DNA from: Oikopleura dioica
Taxonomy: Eukaryota > Animalia > Chordata
DNA length: 64,000 nt
Reading direction: 5' to 3'
NCBI GenBank assembly: GCA_907165135.1
Contig: OU015568.1
Span: forward strand, 13,702,001-13,766,000
Shown here: positions 63,517-64,000 of the stretch, in pieces
Layout of the letters: each line of letters starts with the position of its first letter
Position numbering within the stretch: the first letter of the stretch is position 1
Notes under the pieces: generated by a model
The model's input: the letters and a program-made list of their open reading frames with translations, nothing else
The model's database searches: none
What the model was told of the DNA's origin: nothing
Program-made: the position numbers and the translations under genes

Positions 63517-64000
63517 CGAAAATTCATGAGAGCAATTCGAAAATCGTTAAGGATATCCCTTCAATCGTTGGATAAAAAAGACAAGTTATGAGGGACCAGG
63601 GCGGACAAAGATCATTTGAAAATATTTTTCCATAAAAGATTTTTTCTGTCCTCGGCATCCCTTTTTTCTTATCTGATTTTTTAATCCAAGGATTGAAGGG
63701 ACACCCTTAACAATTTTCAAATAACTTCAGTCGAGCCATCTTTTGAAACAAGAAAACAAGGAAAAGTCAGAGGGTTTTCGCCCCGATATGAGGATCTTTA
63801 TTAGCCGCGATGTTGGAAATTTTATTGGCCGCTAAAAGTTGTGTATTTATCCTTTATTGTGGCTCATTATACCGCGCTATTACAAGCGTTTTACGCGAAG
63901 AGGAGGAAAGCGTGTGCAAGCAGGTGCATGCGCTCGCCGCCTGAAAAAGGGATCATCAAATCAAAACGCCGCGCCAAAATCAAAGTGGCGAGTTTGAGCA

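Overview
Eukaryotic, very compact, intron-rich DNA. Five copies of the 40-nt leader ACTCATCCCATTTTTGAGTCCGATTTCGATTGTCTAACAG|GTAAG, each linked to a 5S rRNA gene, match my recollection of the Oikopleura dioica spliced-leader (SL) RNA; ~35-60 nt introns agree. Recognisable genes: dolichol kinase, cyclin Y, an extended NDUFS5-like twin-CX9C protein, an ATP7-type Cu-ATPase, Msx, cGMP-dependent kinase, a large YWTD/EGF/HYR receptor, a divergent heat-shock-element-driven pair of small HSPs, an HS3ST-like sulfotransferase, a tetraspanin, a bacterial-looking sulfatase and an EGF-rich polycystin-1-like gene. Non-coding structure is dominated by palindromes: two 5S-SL><SL-5S foldbacks centred on one MITE family, hAT/Tc1/TTAA-type MITEs (two with their empty sites present in the window), and a 3.4-kb foldback element with a 57-bp hairpin minisatellite. 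The most striking signal is the ~190-bp 'satellite' at 56.9-63.5 kb. On the minus strand each unit parses into two GT-AG introns (~47-49 and ~57 nt) and two exons (55+32=87 nt) that splice to an open 29-aa acidic, N-glycan-rich repeat, preceded by a signal-peptide exon and lying directly upstream of the polycystin gene. Several ORF breaks are single-base losses in homopolymers, most likely long-read assembly errors. All family assignments are from motif recognition by eye; no database search was run.
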